A stretch of 64,000 nucleotides of DNA from Myxococcota bacterium (GTDB lineage: Bacteria; Myxococcota_A; SURF-8): contig OZ223209.1 in assembly GCA_965140415.1 (NCBI GenBank), forward strand, positions 2,976,001 to 3,040,000, read 5' to 3'. Shown here piece by piece: positions 38,036-46,259 of this stretch. The translations under genes and the position numbers were made by a program. The notes under the pieces were generated by a model that worked only from the letters and a program-made list of their open reading frames with translations, ran no database searches and was not told the origin of the DNA. Within the stretch, counting starts at the first letter, position 1. The number at the start of each line of letters is the position of its first letter.

Positions 38036-41000
38036 ATGAGACGGTTTGATTTCCTCGTCGGGATGTTGCTGTGGGTCGCTCTTGCTTCTGCTGCGTTCAG
38101 TTGCAACAGTTCGGATGATTCCGTGGATTCATCATCCGATGGCGATACCGATACGGAATTTGCCACGCCATATAATCCGAACGATCCCAATAATCCGGGA
38201 GATCCCTTTCTTCCTGGAGATTCAGAGCAATCTGTAGACGGCGACAAGACGGCGGACGGAGACAGTTCGGTTGATGGCGACCAGTCGACAGATGGCGATG
38301 TTCCTGTGGATGGTGACCAGCAAGCAGATGGTGACGAACCAACTGATGGCGATCAACCGGTGGACGGAGACGAACCTTCCGATGGCGATCAACCGACAGA
38401 TGGAGACGAGCCACCTGATGGTGATGAGCCGGTTGACGGAGACAATCCGGTTGATGGAGATCTGCCGACAGATGGGGATGAACCTACCGACGGTGATGAA
38501 CCTACCGACGGTGATGAGCCGGTAGATGGTGATGTCACTACATGCGGCACGTGTCCTGATCATGCTCATTGCAACGAGCAGACCTCGCTTTGCGAATGTG
38601 ATGATGATTACATCTGGAACGGGGCGATCTGCGTTCCGGAAAGCGATCCGTGCCAAGGCTGTCCTGAAAACGCCCACTGCAACACCGGAACATTCCAGTG
38701 TGAATGTGATAGCGGATATCATTGGGAAGGTGCTTTGTGCGTGGAAGATACGGTTCCCTGTGGCGGACCATGCCCGGATCATGCAAGTTGCAACACGCTG
38801 ACGGATCGTTGCGAATGCGATGAGAATTACAGTTGGGAGGGAGACGTCTGTGTCGCCGATGCCGACCCCTATGGCGGGCGTGGCGAGCCATGTACTTTCG
38901 ATGTCCTTTACCCGGCAGCGGGAGACTGTGAAGACAGCCTGAATTGCATCGGAGCCCACTTCAATGCATCGTCGAGTTCTCCGCTGTCTTGTACAACTTC
39001 AAATGATTGCGTTGCCGAACTGGGAGATATCGCCACCTGTGCATCCGGGTACTGTGGAGTGGCGTGGTGCTCTGAACTTTGTACGAGCAATGCCGACTGT
39101 CTTTCCTCCGATTATGGGGAAGGGGGCGGTTGTTGCGGCGAAGTTGGCAGCAGCGATATGTGTTATATCAATGCTTTCTGCACTCCTTCAGGCAGTCAGG
39201 AAGGTGGCGATCCCTGCACGTTTGGCGAAGTACACGCCGAATCCGGCTACTGTCTGGAAGACCTCAGTTGCATTGGATTATATGCGGATGCATCCAGCAG
39301 TTCGCCGGTTGCATGTACGAATGCGCAGGATTGCGTCTCTGAATTTGGCTCCCAGGCGGATTGCGCTGCGGGGTACTGTGGTGTTTCATGGTGCAGTGAA
39401 GCTTGCGTCAACGACAGCGATTGTCCGCAAGGCGATTATGGGACCAACGCCTGCTGTGGCACGGTCGGTGAAGACAGCATGTGTTACATCGGCGATTTCT
39501 GTACGCCGGTTGGAACGCAAGATGAGGGCGAACCCTGTGCCTTTGGCGTAGTGAACGAACTTGCCGGTGCATGTTTGGACGAGCTTTCCTGCGTGGGTTT
39601 GTATGCCGATGGAACGGGGAACTCTCAGACGCTGACTTGCACTACCTCTGCCGATTGCTCGGCAGAAATGGGCGCAAGCGGGCGTTGTGTTTCGGGGTAT
39701 TGTGGTGCTTCATGGTGTGGCGCGATCTGTGTAAACGACACGGACTGCGCTTCCAGTGATTACGGCGATGGCGCTTGTTGCGGCACGGTTGGAGAGGATT
39801 CGATTTGCTTCATTTCCGATTTCTGCGAAGCACAGGGTTGCGGAGATGATGAATTCGAGTGTGGAGACGGTAGCTGTCTGCCCGTGCATCGTGTGTGTGA
39901 TGGCAATTCAGACTGTCCCGGTGGTGAAGATGAGGCCGATTGCGGTTGCGATGCAGAGCAGTTCGAGTGCGGAGATGGAAGCTGTTTGCCCTCTCATCGT
40001 GTGTGTGACGGAAACGAAGACTGCCCCGGTGGTGAAGATGAGCAAGGCTGTCCCTGCGGTGATGATGAATTCACGTGCGACAATGGGGATTGTATCCCTC
40101 TGGGCTGGGTCTGTGATGATGTTGAAGATTGCGATAATGGCGAGGACGAAGTCGGATGTGATGTGGATCGGCAGGAAGGGGAACCCTGCACCTATGAAAG
40201 TTTGAACCCAACCGCCGGTGATTGCGAGGCAGGGCTTGCTTGTGTGGCACTGCATGCTGATGGTTCCACTGATACCGTTGCGGTACCATGTTCCTCAACG
40301 GCAGAATGCCAGGGCTACTACGGAAGCAATGCCATGTGCGCTTCGGGGTATTGTGGAGTATCATGGTGCAGCGATACCTGCACAACGTCCGCCGATTGTT
40401 CGACCGCCACATATGGAACGTATGCCTGCTGTCAGGCGGTCAGCGGCCAGGACATGTGCATCATTTCCGAATTGTGTGGCGAGCGCAGCCGAGGTCAGAC
40501 CTGCTCCTTTGATTTGCTGTATCCCGGTGTGGGTGCTTGTATCGACGATTATTCCTGTATCGGCCTGCATGCCGATCAGGATGCAACTACTCCTGCTCCT
40601 TGCAGCACCGATTCCGATTGCTACGCCGAGTTCGGAAACAGATCCACATGCGCTTCCGGCTATTGCGGAGTGGCCTGGTGTAGCGAATCCTGTACGACAG
40701 ATACGGACTGTCCATCTACTTATTACGGTGTTGGTGGATGTTGTGGAACGGTTGGTACGGATTCCATGTGTTACATCTCCGATTTCTGTGCTCCTGTCGG
40801 CAATCGAGGTGCAGGCGAAACCTGTAGTTTCTATGCCTTGTACCCGGATGTCGGCGATTGCGAACAGGGGATGAACTGTATCGGCACCCACGCCAACGCT
40901 TCTTCTACCAGTCCATATCCCTGTACGTCCGATTCCGGTTGTTGGGGAGCGTACGGCACCATGGCGACCTGTGAAGGCGGCTACTGTGGTGTGGCATGGT

Positions 41001-41116
41001 GTGCAGAGACATGTACGACAAACACGCAATGCCAGAATTCCGATTATGGCTGGGGAGGATGTTGTGGCACGGTTGGAGAGGACCATCTGTGTTACATAGA
41101 GGATTTCTGTGATTAG
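38036..41116 (+). CDS. Very Cys-rich lipoprotein: DGD repeats, 3 EGF-like repeats, six 14-Cys modules and 3 LDL-receptor class A repeats
   Basis: ATG 38036 after GGAG; lipobox AFSC; the repeats are visible directly in the translation. Confidence 0.82.
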   Translation: MRRFDFLVGMLLWVALASAAFSCNSSDDSVDSSSDGDTDTEFATPYNPNDPNNPGDPFLPGDSEQSVDGDKTADGDSSVDGDQSTDGDVPVDGDQQADGDEPTDGDQPVDGDEPSDGDQPTDGDEPPDGDEPVDGDNPVDGDLPTDGDEPTDGDEPTDGDEPVDGDVTTCGTCPDHAHCNEQTSLCECDDDYIWNGAICVPESDPCQGCPENAHCNTGTFQCECDSGYHWEGALCVEDTVPCGGPCPDHASCNTLTDRCECDENYSWEGDVCVADADPYGGRGEPCTFDVLYPAAGDCEDSLNCIGAHFNASSSSPLSCTTSNDCVAELGDIATCASGYCGVAWCSELCTSNADCLSSDYGEGGGCCGEVGSSDMCYINAFCTPSGSQEGGDPCTFGEVHAESGYCLEDLSCIGLYADASSSSPVACTNAQDCVSEFGSQADCAAGYCGVSWCSEACVNDSDCPQGDYGTNACCGTVGEDSMCYIGDFCTPVGTQDEGEPCAFGVVNELAGACLDELSCVGLYADGTGNSQTLTCTTSADCSAEMGASGRCVSGYCGASWCGAICVNDTDCASSDYGDGACCGTVGEDSICFISDFCEAQGCGDDEFECGDGSCLPVHRVCDGNSDCPGGEDEADCGCDAEQFECGDGSCLPSHRVCDGNEDCPGGEDEQGCPCGDDEFTCDNGDCIPLGWVCDDVEDCDNGEDEVGCDVDRQEGEPCTYESLNPTAGDCEAGLACVALHADGSTDTVAVPCSSTAECQGYYGSNAMCASGYCGVSWCSDTCTTSADCSTATYGTYACCQAVSGQDMCIISELCGERSRGQTCSFDLLYPGVGACIDDYSCIGLHADQDATTPAPCSTDSDCYAEFGNRSTCASGYCGVAWCSESCTTDTDCPSTYYGVGGCCGTVGTDSMCYISDFCAPVGNRGAGETCSFYALYPDVGDCEQGMNCIGTHANASSTSPYPCTSDSGCWGAYGTMATCEGGYCGVAWCAETCTTNTQCQNSDYGWGGCCGTVGEDHLCYIEDFCD
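38237..38534 (+). repeat. Coding 18-nt repeat encoding (P/S)xDGD(E/Q), about 17 copies
   Basis: Translation DGDEPT/DGDQPV/DGDEPV; a near-identical gatgaacctaccgacggt duplication at 38477-38512. Confidence 0.88.
39839..40159 (+). repeat. Three tandem LDL-receptor class A repeats
   Basis: C....F.C.DG.C.P...VCDG..DC..GEDE..C three times. Confidence 0.88.
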
Positions 41117-41247
41117 AGACAAGAGTGCAGATAATCGTTAAATTGTGTAAAGACTGGGAATGACTGGTTGCCGTTTGGCTTCTGTCTAGTCTGTACGATC
41201 AAGAAAGACTTACTGAAGACCTGTAATTGCGGAATGCGATGGAGTAA

Positions 41248-41541
41248 ATGACAAGAAAACGACGGACGGTTAAACAAGCAAAACAACTTCCTGCCTGGCA
41301 GTCTAAAGAAATCGCGCGTTATGTGCGTGATTTCAAGTGTCCGGAATGCAAAGCCTATGCGCTTTACGTGGACGAACGAAACGACACCTGGACGGTACGT
41401 TGCCGGAAATGCGGATACTCATTGCCTTTGGCGGAATTCGCCCGGACTGTCATGTCTTATGCGGAACATGCTGATCATGTCTCGATTCTTGTTCCCGATC
41501 TGCTAGGGAAATTGAAGGAAATCACGATCACGGAAGAATAG
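41248..41541 (+). CDS. Small zinc-ribbon protein
   Basis: GGAG RBS; CPEC-x17-CRKC. Confidence 0.6.
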   Translation: MTRKRRTVKQAKQLPAWQSKEIARYVRDFKCPECKAYALYVDERNDTWTVRCRKCGYSLPLAEFARTVMSYAEHADHVSILVPDLLGKLKEITITEE

Positions 41542-41837
41542 CTTTGTTGTCTTCCTTGTTGATAAGTAATTTTACTCTTAGTAAGAATTGGTCTGTCTGA
41601 AATATAATTCCAAAAATGAAAATACTGAATCCATAGTGATTCGAAAGTGTTTGCCCGTTTCGCTTTTCCTAAAGGTCGAATGTGTAAGTTTTTGCCAAAA
41701 ATGTGACTTGACAGTAACTGAAGCTTTTTGTAACGTTAACCATCTCAAGACGCTACATCAAGAAATACAGTGGGGAAATCGTTCCCAACAACTGCTTTTA
41801 AAGCTATTCCGTTGAAACGGGGCTCGAATGGAATGAG

Positions 41838-42209
41838 GTGATTCCTGTGATCAAACTGGAAGGAAATCGTTCATCAAAAAAGTCGGTTGCATCATCTGTT
41901 TTTCCGATAGAGAGGAAAAACAATCATGTTCAGCTAAAGGATGATTACTTTAAGCGCACCTCCCTGGAAGCGATTACGCATCGAAAGCTTAGCTCCATTA
42001 TCTCCGCTATGCGGCTGGAACCCGGAGATCTTCACCAAGCGGTCATGCAAAGTGTAGAACGACCGCTGATTCTGCTCGTGCTTCAGAAAGCCAATGGTAA
42101 CCAAACGAAAGCCGCAAGTATGCTGGGGATCAATCGAAATACTCTGCGAAAGAAAATAGACGCATTGGGGTTGGACCCGGAAGCCTGCCATACAGAAACA
42201 GAAATCTGA
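41838..42209 (+). CDS. Stand-alone Fis-family HTH DNA-binding protein
   Basis: L...V...VERPLI..VL....GNQTKAA.MLGINRNTLRKKI. Confidence 0.8.
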   Translation: MIPVIKLEGNRSSKKSVASSVFPIERKNNHVQLKDDYFKRTSLEAITHRKLSSIISAMRLEPGDLHQAVMQSVERPLILLVLQKANGNQTKAASMLGINRNTLRKKIDALGLDPEACHTETEI

Positions 42210-42344
42210 TTTTCGACCTTTTCTCTAAATCGATTCTCTAAGTAAACAAATTTTCTAATCCGCACAGGGGCTATGATACACTGCGTTCACGTGTAAGCAG
42301 GCTTCCTTCGAGTGAAAACAGAGAGTAAGAATTCGGAGTAACAG

Positions 42345-43145
42345 ATGGGGATTAAAGGTAACTCAACAAAAAAGCCGATTTGCTGTCTTTCAGCTGCCGG
42401 ATTGGACCCGACCGGTGGAGCGGGAGGATCGGCGGACATGCGTGTCTTTAAGCGATTCGGCATGTTGGGCACCTTGGCTTTGACCGCCATCACGCCTCAA
42501 AACACAAATGGAGTACGCTCTGTTTATCCCGTTGAAGAAGAAACTCTTCGCGATCAACTTCTTGCAATTTTGGAGGATTACCCCGTTTCTGCTGCCAAGA
42601 TAGGTCAAACACCGAATGAAGCTTGTGTGCGCGTCTTGGCCGAAATTTTTCATGATTCAAAATTTCCTTTGGTGCTTGACCCGGTTCTTTCTCCTTCATT
42701 GGGGAGCCGGTTGGTAATGGGTGGGGTGGTTTCAGCGCTCGTTCGTTATATGTTGCCAATCACCACAATCTTGACTCCCAATGTGAATGAAGCAGCTTTG
42801 CTTTGTGGTTTAGAGGTAAAGACTAAAACGGACATCGAACATGTGGCGGAATGCCTATTGGATAAAGGTTGCAAAGCGGTTGTAATTACAGGTGGCGACC
42901 GTAAAGGCGAAAAGTCCGCCGATCTGTTTTACGATGGCACCGAATTGAGATGGTTACAGTCCACAAAAAGAAATGTGGGCTTGGTTCATGGTACGGGGTG
43001 CCATTATTCGGCGGCTCTGTGCTGCTATCTGGCCAAAGGACATTCTCCTTTGGAAGCAGTCATGCTTGCAAAACGCTGGATGAACGGGATGTTAGACGCT
43101 CACGTGGTGAACCTCGGCGGAAAGATGAGCGTGCTTGATTCGTGA
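42345..43145 (+). CDS. thiD: Hydroxymethylpyrimidine/phosphomethylpyrimidine kinase
   Basis: AG.DPTGGAG..AD, TAIT.QNT.GV, KIG, VLDPV, TPN..EA..L, HGTGC.YSAA. Confidence 0.85.
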   Translation: MGIKGNSTKKPICCLSAAGLDPTGGAGGSADMRVFKRFGMLGTLALTAITPQNTNGVRSVYPVEEETLRDQLLAILEDYPVSAAKIGQTPNEACVRVLAEIFHDSKFPLVLDPVLSPSLGSRLVMGGVVSALVRYMLPITTILTPNVNEAALLCGLEVKTKTDIEHVAECLLDKGCKAVVITGGDRKGEKSADLFYDGTELRWLQSTKRNVGLVHGTGCHYSAALCCYLAKGHSPLEAVMLAKRWMNGMLDAHVVNLGGKMSVLDS

Positions 43146-43200
43146 TGACTGTTTGGAAGATGCAAAACAAGCGACAGTCGAAAAATTCACCTTAAAAAAC

Positions 43201-43229
43201 TTGCAATTACATGATCTATCTGCTAGGTT
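43201..43229 (+). promoter_or_regulatory. Putative sigma70 promoter of the rpsF operon
   Basis: TTGCAA-17 nt-TAGGTT with an extended -10 TG. Confidence 0.5.
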
Positions 43230-43290
43230 TCGTGGCTCTCGGAGCAGGAACTCCGAGATTTGACATTTCGGAACGGGGAAATTCCCCGCA

Positions 43291-43352
43291 AACCCTTGCC
43301 TTTCCATTGCACGCTCCCGCGTAAGGAAAGGCTAGATTACCCAGAAGGAGTT
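43291..43352 (+). promoter_or_regulatory. Probable S6:S18 ribosomal protein leader RNA
   Basis: Directly before rpsF: cctt pairs with the aagg of the SD, inner stem gcctttcc/ggaaaggc, and an unpaired CCC on the 3' side. Confidence 0.6.
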
Positions 43353-43357
43353 TGTCT

Positions 43358-43882
43358 ATGTATTCTCGTGAATATGAGACCATTTTCATCATGCGTCCCG
43401 ATCTCGGAGACGATGCCATTCAAGGCGTTGTCGATCGAGTCAAGGGTGTAATTGATGAGCGCCAAGGTGTGATTCTGCGTGAGCAGAACTGGGGCAAGCG
43501 CAAACTTGCTTATGAAGTTCACAAGCAGTTGAAGGGCGTTTACTATTACCTGCATTACACCGGTCAGCCGGGGTTGGTGGAGGAAATCGAGCGCAACTTC
43601 AAAATGATCGAATCCGTGATCAAGTTCCAGACCGTCAAATTGAATGACAAGGTCGTTGCTGAAAAGCGGATCGAGGAAATCAAAGCCGAGATCGAACTGC
43701 GCGAGCAAGAAGAAGCCGAGCGTCACAGCCAGAGTGCAGAATCCGAAAAAGAGAAAAAAGACTCGGATGATGACAACGATGACGACAACGATGACGACAA
43801 CGATGATGCCAAGTCTGATGACAATGACGAAGACGGCGAAGAAAAAGAAGACGAAAACGGGGATGAATCCAAAGAGGATTGA
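43358..43882 (+). CDS. rpsF: 30S ribosomal protein S6 with long acidic tail
   Basis: REYETIFI.RPD, WGKRKLAY.V.K...G.YY; AGGAG RBS, ATG 43358. Confidence 0.95.
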   Translation: MYSREYETIFIMRPDLGDDAIQGVVDRVKGVIDERQGVILREQNWGKRKLAYEVHKQLKGVYYYLHYTGQPGLVEEIERNFKMIESVIKFQTVKLNDKVVAEKRIEEIKAEIELREQEEAERHSQSAESEKEKKDSDDDNDDDNDDDNDDAKSDDNDEDGEEKEDENGDESKED

Positions 43883-43957
43883 TCGCTAGATAATAAATAA
43901 ATTCGAATTGTTGTATGGCGATTCGAAAAGAATAGATTCCAGGAAAGGAGAATTCAG

Positions 43958-44221
43958 ATGGCTCATCCGAGATCAAATGTTCGGAGAAAAAAACGGCGTC
44001 GGTCTCATCCCAAGCGGAAAGTGTGCCGCTTCTGCGCCGATAAGCAACTGACCATCGATTATAAGAACGTCAGTATTTTGGAGCAGTTCGTTACCGAACG
44101 AGGAAAGATCGTTCCGCGCCGTATTTCGGGCACTTGTGCCAAGCATCAGCGCAAACTGGCTTTGGCGATCAAACGCGCCCGCAACATCGCCTTGATGCCG
44201 TACACCGTCCTGGGTGATTAA
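43958..44221 (+). CDS. rpsR: 30S ribosomal protein S18 (Zn-binding type)
   Basis: CRFC...IDYK...[27 protein letters not shown]. Confidence 0.96.
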   Translation: MAHPRSNVRRKKRRRSHPKRKVCRFCADKQLTIDYKNVSILEQFVTERGKIVPRRISGTCAKHQRKLALAIKRARNIALMPYTVLGD

Positions 44222-44232
44222 AGGAGGTCAAC

Positions 44233-44676
44233 ATGAAAGTGATCCTCAAGCAAGATATAGAAGGATTGGGCAATGGCGGCGACTTGATGGACGTCAAGGA
44301 CGGCTATGCTCGTAATTATTTGATTCCCCAGGGATTGGCGCTGGCGGCTACCGCCAAGAGCATCAAATCGGTTGAACACGAGCGGGCCCTGATTGCCAGT
44401 CGTTTGAAAAAAGAACGTCAAGGCGCGCAAGACATTGCCGAGCGTATCGCCAATACCTCCTGCACGATCGCCAAGCGCGTTGGTGAAAACGACCGTCTGT
44501 TCGGTTCCGTCACCAGCAAGGAAATCGAAGAAGCACTGCGGGAAGAAGGCATCCTGATCAGCAAGCGTTCTATTCTTCTGGAAAACCAGATCAAAGAACT
44601 GGGCGTATTTGAAGTGCCGATCAAACTGCATACCGATGTTACTGCCACCTTGAAAGTTTGGGTGGTAGCGAAATAG
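44233..44676 (+). CDS. rplI: 50S ribosomal protein L9
   Basis: MKVIL..D...LG..G....VKDGYARNYLIP.G.A, LFGSVT, IK.LG. Confidence 0.96.
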   Translation: MKVILKQDIEGLGNGGDLMDVKDGYARNYLIPQGLALAATAKSIKSVEHERALIASRLKKERQGAQDIAERIANTSCTIAKRVGENDRLFGSVTSKEIEEALREEGILISKRSILLENQIKELGVFEVPIKLHTDVTATLKVWVVAK

Positions 44677-44704
44677 CTGACGTTTGGGTTACATAGGCCT
44701 TGCT

Positions 44705-44736
44705 AAGACCCCGAGATGACTCGGGGTCTTTTTTTG
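44705..44736 (+). terminator. Rho-independent terminator after rplI
   Basis: aagaccccgag atga ctcggggtctt followed by a U-tract. Confidence 0.85.
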
Positions 44737-44822
44737 CTTTGACTAGCTAAAGCTTTTGTGGTTCATTGAGTTCCTTTCGTAATATGCAAAACGTAAAACA
44801 GGTTTGTTCATAGAGGTGTTTG

Positions 44823-46187
44823 ATGTCTGAAGATCCTACCTTCCAACGGGTTCCTCCCCATTCCATAGATGGTGAACAAGCCGTATTAGGCGGCATACTT
44901 CTCGATAGTCGTAGAATCAATGAGGTGTTGGAGATTCTGCGGCCCGAGCATTTTTATATGCAGTCCCATCGCGACATCTATAAAGCGATGATGGAACTGT
45001 CCGACAAGCAGCTACCGCTGGATGTCGTTACGCTTAAAGATAAACTCGAAGGGATGGGAAAACTTGATACCATCGGAGGTATCGAATACATCTCCGAATT
45101 GGCGTCTATGGTCCCTACTGCGGCGAACGTAGCGGTCTATGCGCGTATCATTCGAGAAAAAGCGCTGTTGCGGCAAACGATTGAAGCCGGTATCGATATT
45201 GTCTCGGAAGGTTTCGAAGAACCTTCCGACGTCGAGGAATTTCTTGATCGAGCCGAAAAACGCCTGTTCGATGTAACACAGGAAAAGCTGGAGCAGCCGT
45301 ATCATCCAATCAAATCGGTGGTAAAAGAGGCTTTTAAGCGTATCGAGCAACTCGACGAAAACACGGGTTCCGTTGTCGGTGTACCGACCGGTTTTACCAA
45401 ACTGGACCAAATGACATCCGGTTTTCAACCTTCAGAGTTGATCATTGTTGCTGCGCGTCCGTCGATGGGAAAAACGTCGCTGGCCTTGAATATCGCTCAG
45501 AATGCGGCATTGAACGATGGAGCGAAAGTGGGCATTTTTTCCTTGGAAATGTCCCGCACGGACCTTGTAATTCGCATGATGTGTTCAATTGGCCGTGTGG
45601 ATTCGCAGAAATTCCGTACCGGTCACCTGGATGACAACGAATGGATCAAACTCGTCGAATCTGCGGACAGGCTGAACAATGCTCCCATCTATCTGGATGA
45701 TACTGCCGGTATCAATGTGATGGCCCTACGTGCCAAGGCCCGTCGCATGAAGATGAACCATGGGCTGGATATGGTGCTGATCGATTATTTGCAATTGATG
45801 CAAGGCACATCCTCGCACCGGGATCAGAACCGAGAACAGGAAATTTCGCAGATTTCACGTTCATTGAAAGCGCTTGCAAAAGAACTGGAAATTCCGGTAA
45901 TTGCGTTGTCACAGTTAAACCGCGATCTTGAAAAACGGCAGGACAAGCGCCCGCAGATGTCGGATCTGCGTGAATCGGGAGCCATCGAGCAGGATGCCGA
46001 TGTGATTCTGTTTATTTACCGGGATATTGTGTACAACCCGGATAACATCGAAAAAGAAACCGATGGCGAATTGATCATTGCCAAGCAACGTTCCGGTCCC
46101 ACCGGGATCGTGCCGGTGCGCTATTTCCGTGAGTACACCTTGTTCGACAATTACATTCGGGATGAGGACGCGGATTTGTATCGCTAA
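44823..46187 (+). CDS. dnaB: Replicative DNA helicase (no intein)
   Basis: PPHS...EQAVLG, AARPSMGKT, FSLEM, IDYLQL, SQLNR, DLRESGAIEQDAD, KQR.GPTG. Confidence 0.96.
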   Translation: MSEDPTFQRVPPHSIDGEQAVLGGILLDSRRINEVLEILRPEHFYMQSHRDIYKAMMELSDKQLPLDVVTLKDKLEGMGKLDTIGGIEYISELASMVPTAANVAVYARIIREKALLRQTIEAGIDIVSEGFEEPSDVEEFLDRAEKRLFDVTQEKLEQPYHPIKSVVKEAFKRIEQLDENTGSVVGVPTGFTKLDQMTSGFQPSELIIVAARPSMGKTSLALNIAQNAALNDGAKVGIFSLEMSRTDLVIRMMCSIGRVDSQKFRTGHLDDNEWIKLVESADRLNNAPIYLDDTAGINVMALRAKARRMKMNHGLDMVLIDYLQLMQGTSSHRDQNREQEISQISRSLKALAKELEIPVIALSQLNRDLEKRQDKRPQMSDLRESGAIEQDADVILFIYRDIVYNPDNIEKETDGELIIAKQRSGPTGIVPVRYFREYTLFDNYIRDEDADLYR

Positions 46188-46259
46188 ACGAAAGCGGTTC
46201 CGTTTCGGTGGAAGACTCCCCACCCTGTTATTGAGTGAACAGAATGGAAGGCATCGTTC

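Noticed and set aside
44823-46187. Intein in DnaB
   Set aside because: The length is normal (about 454 aa) and the motifs are contiguous.
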